A DNA stretch of 64,000 nt from positions 8,993 through 72,992 of the IMG/VR virus record IMGVR_UViG_3300004184_000006. One strand, given 5' to 3'. Each line of letters opens with the position of its first letter. Position 1 is the stretch's first letter. Below are positions 27,577 through 36,567 of this stretch, in pieces. The notes under the pieces are model-generated. The model was not told where the DNA came from. It searched no databases and saw nothing but the letters and a program-made list of their open reading frames with translations. Position numbers and translations under genes: made by a program. The stretch comes from a virus.

Positions 27577-27990
27577 TCATAAAATACTCACGACTGAGCA
27601 TGAAAAAGCCTCGCGCTGCATATTCATCTCACACTGATTTATATCGCCTTGTATCTCAGCAACCGACCGACCGTAAACATCAACACCCAATGACCGACTG
27701 GCCTCAAGCAATACGGCATTTTCTTTCTCAACGTAATAGACAAACAGCGGGCTAATAATCGACCACTCACCAAGACTAATATCGGTTGCGCTGGTTATCG
27801 CTGGATATGGCGTAGGTGGCACAGGAGCAGGTACGGAAATTGGAATCAATAAATGCACGTCCAATGCCGCGTACCCCTGATAAAAGCGCACAGCCTTTAA
27901 AGCAACGGCGGTTAAATCAGGAGTCTCAAGCATATTACCAGCTAGATGCTCTTCCATGTACCGCGTTACTAAATCAGCTATGGTAGCCAT
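27577..27990 (-). CDS. Head-tail adaptor-like morphogenesis protein
   Basis: EWSIISPLF...EKENAVLLEASRSLGVDVYGRS; coupled to tube gene. Confidence 0.5.
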   Translation of the reverse strand: MATIADLVTRYMEEHLAGNMLETPDLTAVALKAVRFYQGYAALDVHLLIPISVPAPVPPTPYPAITSATDISLGEWSIISPLFVYYVEKENAVLLEASRSLGVDVYGRSVAEIQGDINQCEMNMQREAFSCSVVSIL

Positions 27991-28499
27991 TAGATGAACT
28001 GTGATGTAGCAGGGATGGTTTCACCGAAATAGTGATAGAACAATGTGCCGCTAATCATCAATGCTTGACTGCGGTTTTCCCAGTCTGTATCGGGGCTATC
28101 TGGCACAAAGAAACAGCCAGTGTAGCGTTTGCCGCCAACATGACGATCAGGCGTGCCGTGATACGCGATACAATCAAATTTACCCGCATTCTGCCCGCTG
28201 GTAGCAAGAATATCCAAGAAAGCCTGCTCAATAACATGCTTTTGCGTTTCGTAAAATGCCAAAGGCCCTTGCATTGCAACTTTTTGTTGTTGCTTTTCCC
28301 ACCGATTAAAGCCAACAGGCATGGCTAGGTCAATTTCACCTGCCGCGCCCGCTTCTGCCCAAGGGCATTGCTTGGTTAAAACCCACAGGCTTTCATGACC
28401 TGCAATCTGTAAAGAAAAATCGGATGATATGGCGACCTGCCCAGCGGCAACTGACCTGTCATATAATAGTTTGGCATCGCTTAAAGAATTGTTCGCCAT
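27990..28499 (-). CDS. Tail tube protein, P1 BplB-like
   Basis: 169 aa; ISSDFSLQIAGHESL resembles the N-terminal region of P1 BplB. Confidence 0.65.
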   Translation of the reverse strand: MANNSLSDAKLLYDRSVAAGQVAISSDFSLQIAGHESLWVLTKQCPWAEAGAAGEIDLAMPVGFNRWEKQQQKVAMQGPLAFYETQKHVIEQAFLDILATSGQNAGKFDCIAYHGTPDRHVGGKRYTGCFFVPDSPDTDWENRSQALMISGTLFYHYFGETIPATSQFI

Positions 28500-28518
28500 G
28501 TTTAAATCTCGCTTATGT

Positions 28519-28719
28519 TTAATGTTTCATGCAATTTGCAATCGTTTTGCAAATATTGTTAGTTCCGCTTATCACGCTGTTTAGTCGGTCTAAAACCTCC
28601 TTAACCAGCTTGTAATCGCCTTCTTTGTTCTTTTTCCACCCTTCGTAGGCCTTGCTATTGAATGCCTTATCGACAATGCTCATAGGTAATTCCAATGCGC
28701 TATTTATCGGGGTATTCAT
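28519..28719 (-). CDS. Tail assembly chaperone C-terminal part (frame open upstream to 28815)
   Basis: 66 aa from an ATG with no clear RBS; frame overlaps the end of the preceding gene. Confidence 0.5.
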   Translation of the reverse strand: MNTPINSALELPMSIVDKAFNSKAYEGWKKNKEGDYKLVKEVLDRLNSVISGTNNICKTIANCMKH

Positions 28720-28744
28720 GTACAGGCTAAGATTAACTACTGCG

Positions 28745-29518
28745 TTAATTTGATCGCTTAGCCAGCTCTCTCGCTGACTTCGATAAACAGGAATGGGGGC
28801 GAAATCGTGTTGGCATTAAATCCAACTCACCCCCTTGCTCATCGCTTGTTTTTGCGGGTAATACGCAAATTCCGTACTGGTCAAAATCAATGGAAACCAT
28901 GTGGTCCAGTTTTGGCCTATGGATTCGATAGGCCAGCATCAATGTCTCAAAATCGCTATCTGGATAGGCTAGAAAGGTATTGATGCGATTCTCTAGCCAG
29001 TTGTCCAAGTCCTGTTCTAAATCAAATTTAACGGGCTTTTCATTTTCAGCTATCAGTTGCGCAGCCATACCGCCGACCAACCAGTGCAAGTAACCATCAT
29101 GGCTAAATGAGGTAGTAAGGCGTTCAATTGATTCCGCCATTGCGCCTGTCAAGTGCTGGATAAACCATTTATCACCGCCGTGTTCACCCAACTCAACGCG
29201 GGTAAAATCAGGCGATAGGTTTAATTCAAAGTCCAGATAGTCATGATAAAAACTATTGTTGCTTGCAGGGAAATTAGGGCCATCCAATCTGGTGTAGGAC
29301 ATATACCAACTAACCGCTGTTATGCGCTCCTGAGCTGTCCAATTAATGGGGTCATCATCAACACCCTTAACTGACTTAATCGCATGTCTTAGTAACTGTG
29401 TCGTGGTGGACTCAAGTTTGGTGGCATCAATGCCAGCTAATTCAATCGCTTGGTTAAAGGTCAATTCCTTTAGCTCTATCGTGAATCGGTTGGTGCGCAA
29501 TTGAGGTAGGGTTATCAC
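28745..29518 (-). CDS. Tail/baseplate assembly protein (PmgB-like)
   Basis: 257 aa, first gene after a late promoter, within tail module. Confidence 0.55.
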   Translation of the reverse strand: MITLPQLRTNRFTIELKELTFNQAIELAGIDATKLESTTTQLLRHAIKSVKGVDDDPINWTAQERITAVSWYMSYTRLDGPNFPASNNSFYHDYLDFELNLSPDFTRVELGEHGGDKWFIQHLTGAMAESIERLTTSFSHDGYLHWLVGGMAAQLIAENEKPVKFDLEQDLDNWLENRINTFLAYPDSDFETLMLAYRIHRPKLDHMVSIDFDQYGICVLPAKTSDEQGGELDLMPTRFRPHSCLSKSARELAKRSN

Positions 29519-29550
29519 AGGATTCCGTTACTAAGGTTTGGATTAGCAAC

Positions 29551-29590
29551 AGTTTAATGAATGGATACATGGATAAATGGCGGGTTTTTC
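29551..29590 (-). promoter_or_regulatory. Late promoter 5 (tail operon)
   Basis: GAAAAACCC (29590-29582), 25 nt, TAAACT (29556-29551). Confidence 0.8.
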
Positions 29591-29605
29591 TTTTTTGGCG
29601 GGCAT

Positions 29606-29632
29606 AAAAAAACCGCCGTGAAGCGGTTTCTT
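29606..29632 (-). terminator. Intrinsic terminator after antirepressor
   Basis: AAACCGC...GCGGTTT hairpin with T-run on minus strand. Confidence 0.7.
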
Positions 29633-29645
29633 TAGTTTGATTAAG

Positions 29646-30335
29646 CTATGCAACTGCTTCCAGCTTGGCTACGCGATAGCGTTTTTCAAAATACACCTGT
29701 CCCTTCCCTGTGATAAGTGTTTTAAAGCTTGGGTGCGATACGCCGTTATTATCAACGTGAGGCGTTTGCTCAATGGAAACCAGTAGCCCCCTGTCAATTG
29801 CGCTTTGATACGGGCGGTTGTTTGCCATTAAGAATTTATCATTGCGTAGCAGCATGAACAGCCTATTCTGGCCTGTACCGATAACCTTGGCGAAATCACC
29901 AACTGATACCTTGCCATCGGTATTGCGCACCGCTTCGGCAAACTCAACTTTTGGCTTGTCTGATTCTATTTTTAATTGCAGGGATTGTTTTTCGGTTTCT
30001 GATTGCACTAATGCAGTAAGTGCTTCAAGGTAGCTTGTGGGTAGTTTTGGCTGTACGGCCTCAAGCTCTAGCCATCTATCAACTATAGCCGCCCTATATT
30101 TGACTGAATAACCGCTAACCAGAATATCGCATTCTCTGCGCGGAAGGTTAAAACATGGTAAATCCTTGTTTTGCTTTGATTTATAAGAGCCGCGAAAAAC
30201 CGCGTGTCCTATTTCAAGCTCATCAAGCATTTTGCGAATATCGACAAGAACCTTGTCATGGTCTTTTTCTGTCAGCTTAGCAATCTCTAAAGATGACATG
30301 GTTTGTGTGGCCGTGGTGCTTAGTAAATTTTGCAT
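29646..30335 (-). CDS. ant: Phage antirepressor (Rha N-domain + KilAC/ANT C-domain)
   Basis: TMSSLEIAKLTEKDH...LVSGYSVKYRAAIVDRWLELE; DKPKVEFAEAV...GQNRLF...TLITGKGQ. Confidence 0.88.
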   Translation of the reverse strand: MQNLLSTTATQTMSSLEIAKLTEKDHDKVLVDIRKMLDELEIGHAVFRGSYKSKQNKDLPCFNLPRRECDILVSGYSVKYRAAIVDRWLELEAVQPKLPTSYLEALTALVQSETEKQSLQLKIESDKPKVEFAEAVRNTDGKVSVGDFAKVIGTGQNRLFMLLRNDKFLMANNRPYQSAIDRGLLVSIEQTPHVDNNGVSHPSFKTLITGKGQVYFEKRYRVAKLEAVA

Positions 30336-30372
30336 TTGATAACCTTTTGAACGATAGGTTGTTGAACGATAG

Positions 30373-30426
30373 TGGAGTACGGAGGTCCTTGTTCAAGGGA
30401 TTTTCAGCCGCTAAGCCTATCCGTAC
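30373..30426 (-). ncRNA. C4-like antisense RNA no. 1 controlling the antirepressor
   Basis: GTACGGA/TCCGTAC stem + TCCA, loop CTTGAACAA and GATAG segment complementary to tandem CTATCGTTCAA targets (30372-30362, 30357-30347); TGnTACAAT promoter at 30441-30433. Confidence 0.75.
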
Positions 30427-30448
30427 AGGTTTATTGTATCACTAAAGC

Positions 30449-31234
30449 TTATTTTTTGTTTCTAAATTTAGACCAATCATCTTTATCAATGGCTGTTAAT
30501 GAATTTAGCTTAATTTGCACGGTTAAACTGGTAAAGTCGCCGTTCTTATCAACTGGTGACGCGGTGTCAAAGCTAACGCTCTCGATTACCATAGGGCTTA
30601 TGGTCATGCCCTTATAATTCAAGGCAATCATTACAGGTGACTTAGAAGGCAACAGCACATTAATTGCATCCTCTTTGCCTTTTATGCCATCAATACCCCT
30701 GCTTAATAGCGTGGATTGGTCAGCTAGTTTTTGTGGAAGCGACCATGCCATAATTTGCGACAGTGGTGACATAACTTCCATCTTTGGATCACGCCACGCC
30801 CTAAAGAACAGGTTTATCGGGTAATCTAAAGGCGGCATTCCACTGAAAACTTGGACGCTGTTCAGTTTTGTAATGCCCGTGCGCCCCTCAAACTGCTTAA
30901 GGAAGTCACCTGCTTCTTTGCCAGATTTTGACTCCTTACCCTGCAATGCATCAACAACGGGTTGCAATGCCCCGCTTTGTAACATCGCCAAGAGCATGGG
31001 GGCTTTAGATTCAGCCCCCGAACTTTCAAAAGGCGATTGCCAGTTCAAAGAAACACTTAACTGTGCGCCGTCCACTAGCGGTGCTTTTACAGTTATGTCC
31101 TCAGTCCCTTTGGGACGCTTACCATCACGATCAACCTCATAGATAGTAGCAATCAAATGAGGCGATAAGCCATCCCACAACGAACTCAGTGCTGGAGTAG
31201 TAGGCTTATCTTGTTGACCGTTTTGAACTGGCAT
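30449..31234 (-). CDS. Tail tube initiator-like protein (P1 Tub-like)
   Basis: LNWQSPFE...ITKLNSVQVFSGMPP...MVIESVSF. Confidence 0.6.
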   Translation of the reverse strand: MPVQNGQQDKPTTPALSSLWDGLSPHLIATIYEVDRDGKRPKGTEDITVKAPLVDGAQLSVSLNWQSPFESSGAESKAPMLLAMLQSGALQPVVDALQGKESKSGKEAGDFLKQFEGRTGITKLNSVQVFSGMPPLDYPINLFFRAWRDPKMEVMSPLSQIMAWSLPQKLADQSTLLSRGIDGIKGKEDAINVLLPSKSPVMIALNYKGMTISPMVIESVSFDTASPVDKNGDFTSLTVQIKLNSLTAIDKDDWSKFRNKK

Positions 31235-31240
31235 AAACCG

Positions 31241-31945
31241 TTATTTCAAGCCAGTTTTAACGCGCATACGCATTGACTTAGCTCGCTTCATCATCGCGCC
31301 CGCGCTATGGCTTTTCATGCCAGCTTTGCGGATTGCCGCTTTTTGTGCGCCTGACAAATGAACAGAACCGCTGATACGCTTGTTAATGCGTACTTTTTTG
31401 CCGCCGCGAATCACTGTACGTTTTTTGTACACTGCATCAAGAATTTCATCTTCAACGCTACGCGAACCCGCCTTATCAAGAAAAGCGAATGAGTCCATAT
31501 CGTCACCCGCCGCGTCGTCATCTGGCAGTTCTTCAATGAGCAAATCACGAACACGGTTAGCCGTTTCTTCGTCATCTAGTACATTAATCGCATCAGCCTC
31601 ATCAACGCCGTGTAACAGCATATAATCAACTGCAAACCCAGCAACAATATCAAAAGCGTCAGCTTCGTCTTCGTCGATTTCGCCATTTTTGTTAGCATCA
31701 ATAATGCCGATAAGTAATGCCTGCAATCTGTCTGCAAACGTCTCGCCTTCTGCTAACGGAACATCCGCGTCTGCCCATTGCTGGATAGCCGCCGCCGCTT
31801 TCAGCTTTAAGTCTGAAACAGCATAATCCGCTACGCCATCTAAAAATGGCTGTTCTTTTTCTTTTTTACCAGTGTCACAGCCATCCAAGATAGGCTTATC
31901 CTTTCTTAGTAGTCTGGCTCTGGCTTCTTCCGTTAAAAATCCCAT
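31241..31945 (-). CDS. Prohead core/internal protein (P1 gp21-like), acidic body with very basic C-terminus
   Basis: Acidic centre; tail KKRTVIRGGKKVRINKR...LSGAQKAAIRKA...KRAKSMRMR; next to sheath. Confidence 0.55.
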   Translation of the reverse strand: MGFLTEEARARLLRKDKPILDGCDTGKKEKEQPFLDGVADYAVSDLKLKAAAAIQQWADADVPLAEGETFADRLQALLIGIIDANKNGEIDEDEADAFDIVAGFAVDYMLLHGVDEADAINVLDDEETANRVRDLLIEELPDDDAAGDDMDSFAFLDKAGSRSVEDEILDAVYKKRTVIRGGKKVRINKRISGSVHLSGAQKAAIRKAGMKSHSAGAMMKRAKSMRMRVKTGLK

Positions 31946-31948
31946 CTG

Positions 31949-33805
31949 TTACACCAATGTTTGAGTTAGGTAAATTTGTCTGGTCGTGCCGACAAAGCAG
32001 GGGTAAATGTTTATGACAACCGCATCAACCAGTACGCCATGCGGTGCAACTTCATAGGCAAAGTAGTCAGTCGCAAATGACGGATTAGTTTCGCTTGGTT
32101 CAGTCACCCAGCCAGCGGCATATAAGTCAGCTCGCATTTGATGCAGGAACTCACCCATTTTTTTAACAACGGTATTGATGTCTTTTTGCAGAATGTCTTT
32201 ACCGTAACGGGTAATTCTTTCCTGTACATCAACCGACATATCAATGACTGAGAATAGCTTGCGCTTGCTGTTAGATACCGCCGCGCCTGTTAATGAGTCA
32301 AAGAATACATAACGGAATCCGCCTGTGTAAGTCTCACCAATGACAGGGTTGATATGCGCCTTTGCCAAGTCGTTTTTATCAAAGTTTGTAACCTGAACAA
32401 GTTGCGTGATGTTTTGGTTGTACAAAGGATAATCGCGCCCTGCAATCGGGTTTTTCTTATTTTCACAGTAGCCACGCGCGTTTTTCATCGCGTTTCTACG
32501 ACATGCGTAAGCAATCAGCAACGTGGCCCTACCAATGATGGTCTTGCCATTAATACCTGTTGGATCGGTCAACTTTAAAGGCGACCAATAAGCAGGCACT
32601 AAATCGGATGATTCGTAGTTGCCACCGATGTTCAATTGCTCATAAAACGCAATAGCGGCATCTTTTGTTAAGCTACCTGAAATATCAATCGCCAGAATAC
32701 GGTTTGTGTCATACGCCAACTGGACCAATTGAGCAATCAAAGCGGGGGCTTGTGAGCCGCCAGAACTGATATAGCCGTAGTTCAGGTTAGTGTTGTGCAA
32801 CAAGACACGCGCTGCCGAATAATCGGCTGTCGTGTAGCCTGTACCGCCCTCAGTGAAGCAAACCAGCACGCCAGATTTTGACCATGCAGGTTGACCGCTG
32901 ACACCATACCCGTAAGCTGGAGAGCCAACAGGAATACTGGTAATGGTTGCACCAACACTAACCTCTACCGCGTCAGTTTGCTGACTAACAACATCAGGAA
33001 GGTAAATGGAGTTTTGATAATCATCAAGTGCCGCTGGATCAAGTGAGCCAGTGAAGTCATACAGCGGGTTATTGTCTTTGTCTTTAATAACGAGACGAAT
33101 AACACCGTTGGCCGCGCTTACACCGCCTACCCGTTTATCTTCGGCATGAATTTCACACTGAATGCCGTCGTTAAAGCACTCAAGATGCTTAATGGCTAAA
33201 AGATAAGGCGTTACTGGAATAGTTGTTACTGCCGACCATGCAATAGGGTTAGCAATACTAATAGTAGGGGCAACTGTATAGCCTGTGCCGCCCGCTGAAA
33301 TAGTCACGCCAGTAATAACGCCAGCCGTAGCGGTAATAGTACCCACTGCGCCCGTGCCAACACCTGTAAAGGTCAGTGTTTGACCTGTCACATAGCCCGT
33401 ACCACCATTAGTGATGGTAACGGATGACTGAACAACGCCAGCAAGCACGGTTGGCGTTAGAACAGCTCCAACACCCATAGTCGCTACAGCATACTTAACG
33501 ACCGCCGAACTGGTTACTAACCGCTGAACGACTGCCTCATACGCACCTTTGTTCAAGGCCTCTATGATATGCACCCACGCTTCATTTAGCGCGGATAATC
33601 GCATAGTTTCGCCTTTGCCTAATTTCTTGTAGGCATTAGACCGATTAACAGCAAACGGTTTGTCTATGCGACCGCGTGTCAATCGACACATGATCGCAAA
33701 GTTTTGGTCATAATTATCAACCGTTGGCGTTTCTGAGCGATCTTGGAGCGGGTTGTACTGGACACCCGACTCCGCGCCTAATTGTCTAACAAATGATACT
33801 GTCAT
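31949..33805 (-). CDS. Contractile tail sheath protein (P1 gp22-like)
   Basis: 618 aa; FVRQLGAESGVQ, RGRIDKPFAV, LAKAHINPV, FFDSLT, GTTRQI. Confidence 0.8.
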   Translation of the reverse strand: MTVSFVRQLGAESGVQYNPLQDRSETPTVDNYDQNFAIMCRLTRGRIDKPFAVNRSNAYKKLGKGETMRLSALNEAWVHIIEALNKGAYEAVVQRLVTSSAVVKYAVATMGVGAVLTPTVLAGVVQSSVTITNGGTGYVTGQTLTFTGVGTGAVGTITATAGVITGVTISAGGTGYTVAPTISIANPIAWSAVTTIPVTPYLLAIKHLECFNDGIQCEIHAEDKRVGGVSAANGVIRLVIKDKDNNPLYDFTGSLDPAALDDYQNSIYLPDVVSQQTDAVEVSVGATITSIPVGSPAYGYGVSGQPAWSKSGVLVCFTEGGTGYTTADYSAARVLLHNTNLNYGYISSGGSQAPALIAQLVQLAYDTNRILAIDISGSLTKDAAIAFYEQLNIGGNYESSDLVPAYWSPLKLTDPTGINGKTIIGRATLLIAYACRRNAMKNARGYCENKKNPIAGRDYPLYNQNITQLVQVTNFDKNDLAKAHINPVIGETYTGGFRYVFFDSLTGAAVSNSKRKLFSVIDMSVDVQERITRYGKDILQKDINTVVKKMGEFLHQMRADLYAAGWVTEPSETNPSFATDYFAYEVAPHGVLVDAVVINIYPCFVGTTRQIYLTQTLV

Positions 33806-33807
33806 TG

Positions 33808-34209
33808 TTATTTAGCCTTGGCTTTTACACCTGTTGTAACGCCGCTTTCAACTACTGGATCGACCACTGGGTCAACCACGTCTAACACAGGGGCGGCATC
33901 TTCCATTAAGCTGATTTCAATCAACGCCTCGCGTCGATTTAGCTCGGCGATTGCCTCTGCATCACTGACAAAGCGGTGTAGCTCGTCAATAGATGCAAAA
34001 TTAATCAGCGTGCTTTTGCCGCTGTCGTCATAACAGGGTGTTAAATGCACACCTTTGAAAACGACAGGGAAATCAGCCAGATTCGTCACCGTAAGCGACA
34101 AAGGGAAGCTTTCTGGAGAAAATGACTTGTTGACGCTTTCACTTGCACTAATGCCAGCAAGTGCCGCAAGACCAATAATCAGAGAGATTTTTTTATATTT
34201 TGTATTCAT
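33808..34209 (-). CDS. Hypothetical structural protein
   Basis: 133 aa between capsid and sheath genes. Confidence 0.55.
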   Translation of the reverse strand: MNTKYKKISLIIGLAALAGISASESVNKSFSPESFPLSLTVTNLADFPVVFKGVHLTPCYDDSGKSTLINFASIDELHRFVSDAEAIAELNRREALIEISLMEDAAPVLDVVDPVVDPVVESGVTTGVKAKAK

Positions 34210-34210
34210 G

Positions 34211-35962
34211 TTACTTCATACCTGTCAGCGTCAATTTAGCGAAAGCTAACGCGCTTTGTTTGTGTGGGTTTACACGCATGAAGTCTTTGCGGAAATAATG
34301 AACACCGCTGTCAGCATTCTTTGTTTTCCCGACTTCAATCATGATTGGCGAAACTGACTGACCAGCGACCAAACCTGAGCGAGCAACATCTTGAGATTGA
34401 CCGATTAACAGAACTTCTGCACTGGTAACTCCGCTGCTGGTAGTTTCTGGTTGATCTGGGTCATAGTAGACTTCAAACTGACCATCAAGAGTACCTAAGC
34501 GATAGATAGATGCACGCGCTCTGATACCAGACGGAACAAAACGACCACCCATAACCAGATTATTTAGCCATGCTGCAACGGTTTTGTTTACATACAAGTG
34601 AGTTACGCCCGTGACGTTAGTTCTTACCGCCATATCTTGAGACGCTACCGCCAAAGGAATGGAAATGTCCTGCATGTTTTGTCCACGAGTTTGTGCGCCC
34701 GTGTCTAACCACAAGCCCATATCCCATGTGTACGGGTAGCTTGCTGCAATACGTCTTGCATACTGCAATGCAGATTTATGATCTTCGTTACCAAGCTGTA
34801 ACTGCATTGAACCCATCAGGTTAGACATTGAGTCCAGGCCAACTTCTCGCGCTAACTGTGCGCTTGCATCGATACCAACGGTAACATTACCGCGTGTTAC
34901 ATTAGCTAGAAACGTGTAATCAGTAGCGATTAAATCAATTTCAGAAATCAATTCAGGCTGTCTGTTGAAGTCAATTTGACCTTCTACCAAAACAGCTACG
35001 CCCACATCAAGATTAGGTGTTGAAGTAAGCGAATACACACCTGTGTCGTTGTTGATCGTACCGCCGATTTGATAAGTAGTGCTTGCCAGCGTTACCGAAC
35101 CACTGATAGTCGATGATGTGTCGGTTTTGCTAATTTCTTTAGCGACTGGAATACCGCCAACATAAACAACCGCCTGACCTTTAACCAGCTTTGCCGCAGT
35201 CGCGCCATTGGCTACTGTTTCGCATGTTTCGCTGGTTAATTGCACGCTGGTAATTTGACCAGCATGAGTACCTACGCCTAACGCTACAGTGTTTGCCGCT
35301 GTTGAAATTCTGTTGCTTTTGAAAAAGCGTTTACCAGAATGTACGCCATCCATGTTTTCATTGGCTGCATAACCACCGTTTTTTAGGTGCGATTGATGCT
35401 CAACGATGATTAACTTACCTTCACCCGATTGAATATCAGTAGGAACCTGCATAATCCAAGGAATAGCGCATGTAAATGTGTTTTGCAATGAAACGATTGC
35501 GCGATTAATCTGCAATGAGCCGTTGTCTGGCGATACGTTGGTCGCGCTGTCCAAGAAGCTGTCAGTAAATCCCGTTGCAATTTGAACCTTGCGCTGACCT
35601 TCGTGTGTAAACTGATATGCAACATCGACCGCTTGAGCGATTAAGTCAGGAGAAGGCTCTTGACCGTGTGCATCTTCATAACGAGTGATTGAGTCCAGCA
35701 ACGCCGTAGTTAAGCGCAACCGATCACCAGGATCCAGTTCTTCGTAAAGTTTTGATAGCTTTTCAGGCATGACGATAGAGCCGTGACCAGCAATAGACTC
35801 ATTGATTGCTGTGTTCGCGGTCTCTACGCTGTCTAAAAAGTCGCCTGTGTTGTTTACCTCGCCTAATTTTGAGGTATCACGCAAAGAAGAATAAAAGGCA
35901 ACCGCCCCAGTCTTCATGCTTTCAAGATTAGTTTTTCGCGGGGCTTTAATATGTTTACCCAT
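34211..35962 (-). CDS. Major capsid protein precursor (P1 gp23-like)
   Basis: 583 aa, first gene after late promoter; IYRLGTLDGQFEVYY; N-terminal propeptide-like region. Confidence 0.8.
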   Translation of the reverse strand: MGKHIKAPRKTNLESMKTGAVAFYSSLRDTSKLGEVNNTGDFLDSVETANTAINESIAGHGSIVMPEKLSKLYEELDPGDRLRLTTALLDSITRYEDAHGQEPSPDLIAQAVDVAYQFTHEGQRKVQIATGFTDSFLDSATNVSPDNGSLQINRAIVSLQNTFTCAIPWIMQVPTDIQSGEGKLIIVEHQSHLKNGGYAANENMDGVHSGKRFFKSNRISTAANTVALGVGTHAGQITSVQLTSETCETVANGATAAKLVKGQAVVYVGGIPVAKEISKTDTSSTISGSVTLASTTYQIGGTINNDTGVYSLTSTPNLDVGVAVLVEGQIDFNRQPELISEIDLIATDYTFLANVTRGNVTVGIDASAQLAREVGLDSMSNLMGSMQLQLGNEDHKSALQYARRIAASYPYTWDMGLWLDTGAQTRGQNMQDISIPLAVASQDMAVRTNVTGVTHLYVNKTVAAWLNNLVMGGRFVPSGIRARASIYRLGTLDGQFEVYYDPDQPETTSSGVTSAEVLLIGQSQDVARSGLVAGQSVSPIMIEVGKTKNADSGVHYFRKDFMRVNPHKQSALAFAKLTLTGMK

Positions 35963-36012
35963 TTTATTTACCTGTGTGTGTGAAAATTTGAGGCCCTTTG
36001 TGGGCTAGGTAA

Positions 36013-36052
36013 ATTATGAGCGGGTGGTATACGGGCAAAATGCGGGTTTTTC
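36013..36052 (-). promoter_or_regulatory. Late promoter 6 (capsid operon)
   Basis: GAAAAACCC (36052-36044), 25 nt, CATAAT (36018-36013). Confidence 0.8.
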
Positions 36053-36067
36053 TTTTTCGATGGGCAT

Positions 36068-36095
36068 AAAAAAGCCCGTGCTGTGACGGGCTTTT
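36068..36095. terminator. Intrinsic terminator upstream of late promoter 6
   Basis: AAAAAAGCCCGT...ACGGGCTTTT. Confidence 0.75.
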
Positions 36096-36160
36096 GTTTC
36101 TTTATCTCACGGCTTGTATTCAAGCCGTTAGATTAGGCGGCAATGTCTTTGTCAATAATA

Positions 36161-36550
36161 TCAAATATAAAAAGCAAGTGACTCAAGCACTGACCACACG
36201 CCGATACCTGCTAAGCACGCCAACCCTATTATGAATGAGGCTACCTGAACGCCATATAGAAGCGTAGGGCTTTTGATTTTAACTCCAGTTGGCTTGATAA
36301 CCTCGCTCTCAATAGTAATTCTGCTTATGTTTACCGAGGCCCATGTTGACAATATGCTGATAAAAAACAGCACAATGCCCGTTATGTAAGCGATTGCCAG
36401 TTGATAGCAGTCAATGCCGCCGTCCTTGGCCAGTATGAGTAGCATGGCCAAGCCCGCCATTGATAAGTTCATGATGCACTTATCTTGCTCAATATTTATT
36501 TTGTGCCACGCCAAGCACCCCGCGTGATGTAGTGATGTTTCTCTGTCCAA
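36161..36550 (-). CDS. Three-TM membrane protein (moron-like)
   Basis: Three hydrophobic segments; TTG start with GGAG RBS. Confidence 0.55.
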   Translation of the reverse strand: MDRETSLHHAGCLAWHKINIEQDKCIMNLSMAGLAMLLILAKDGGIDCYQLAIAYITGIVLFFISILSTWASVNISRITIESEVIKPTGVKIKSPTLLYGVQVASFIIGLACLAGIGVWSVLESLAFYI

Positions 36551-36567
36551 TGTAAAACTCCAATTAG

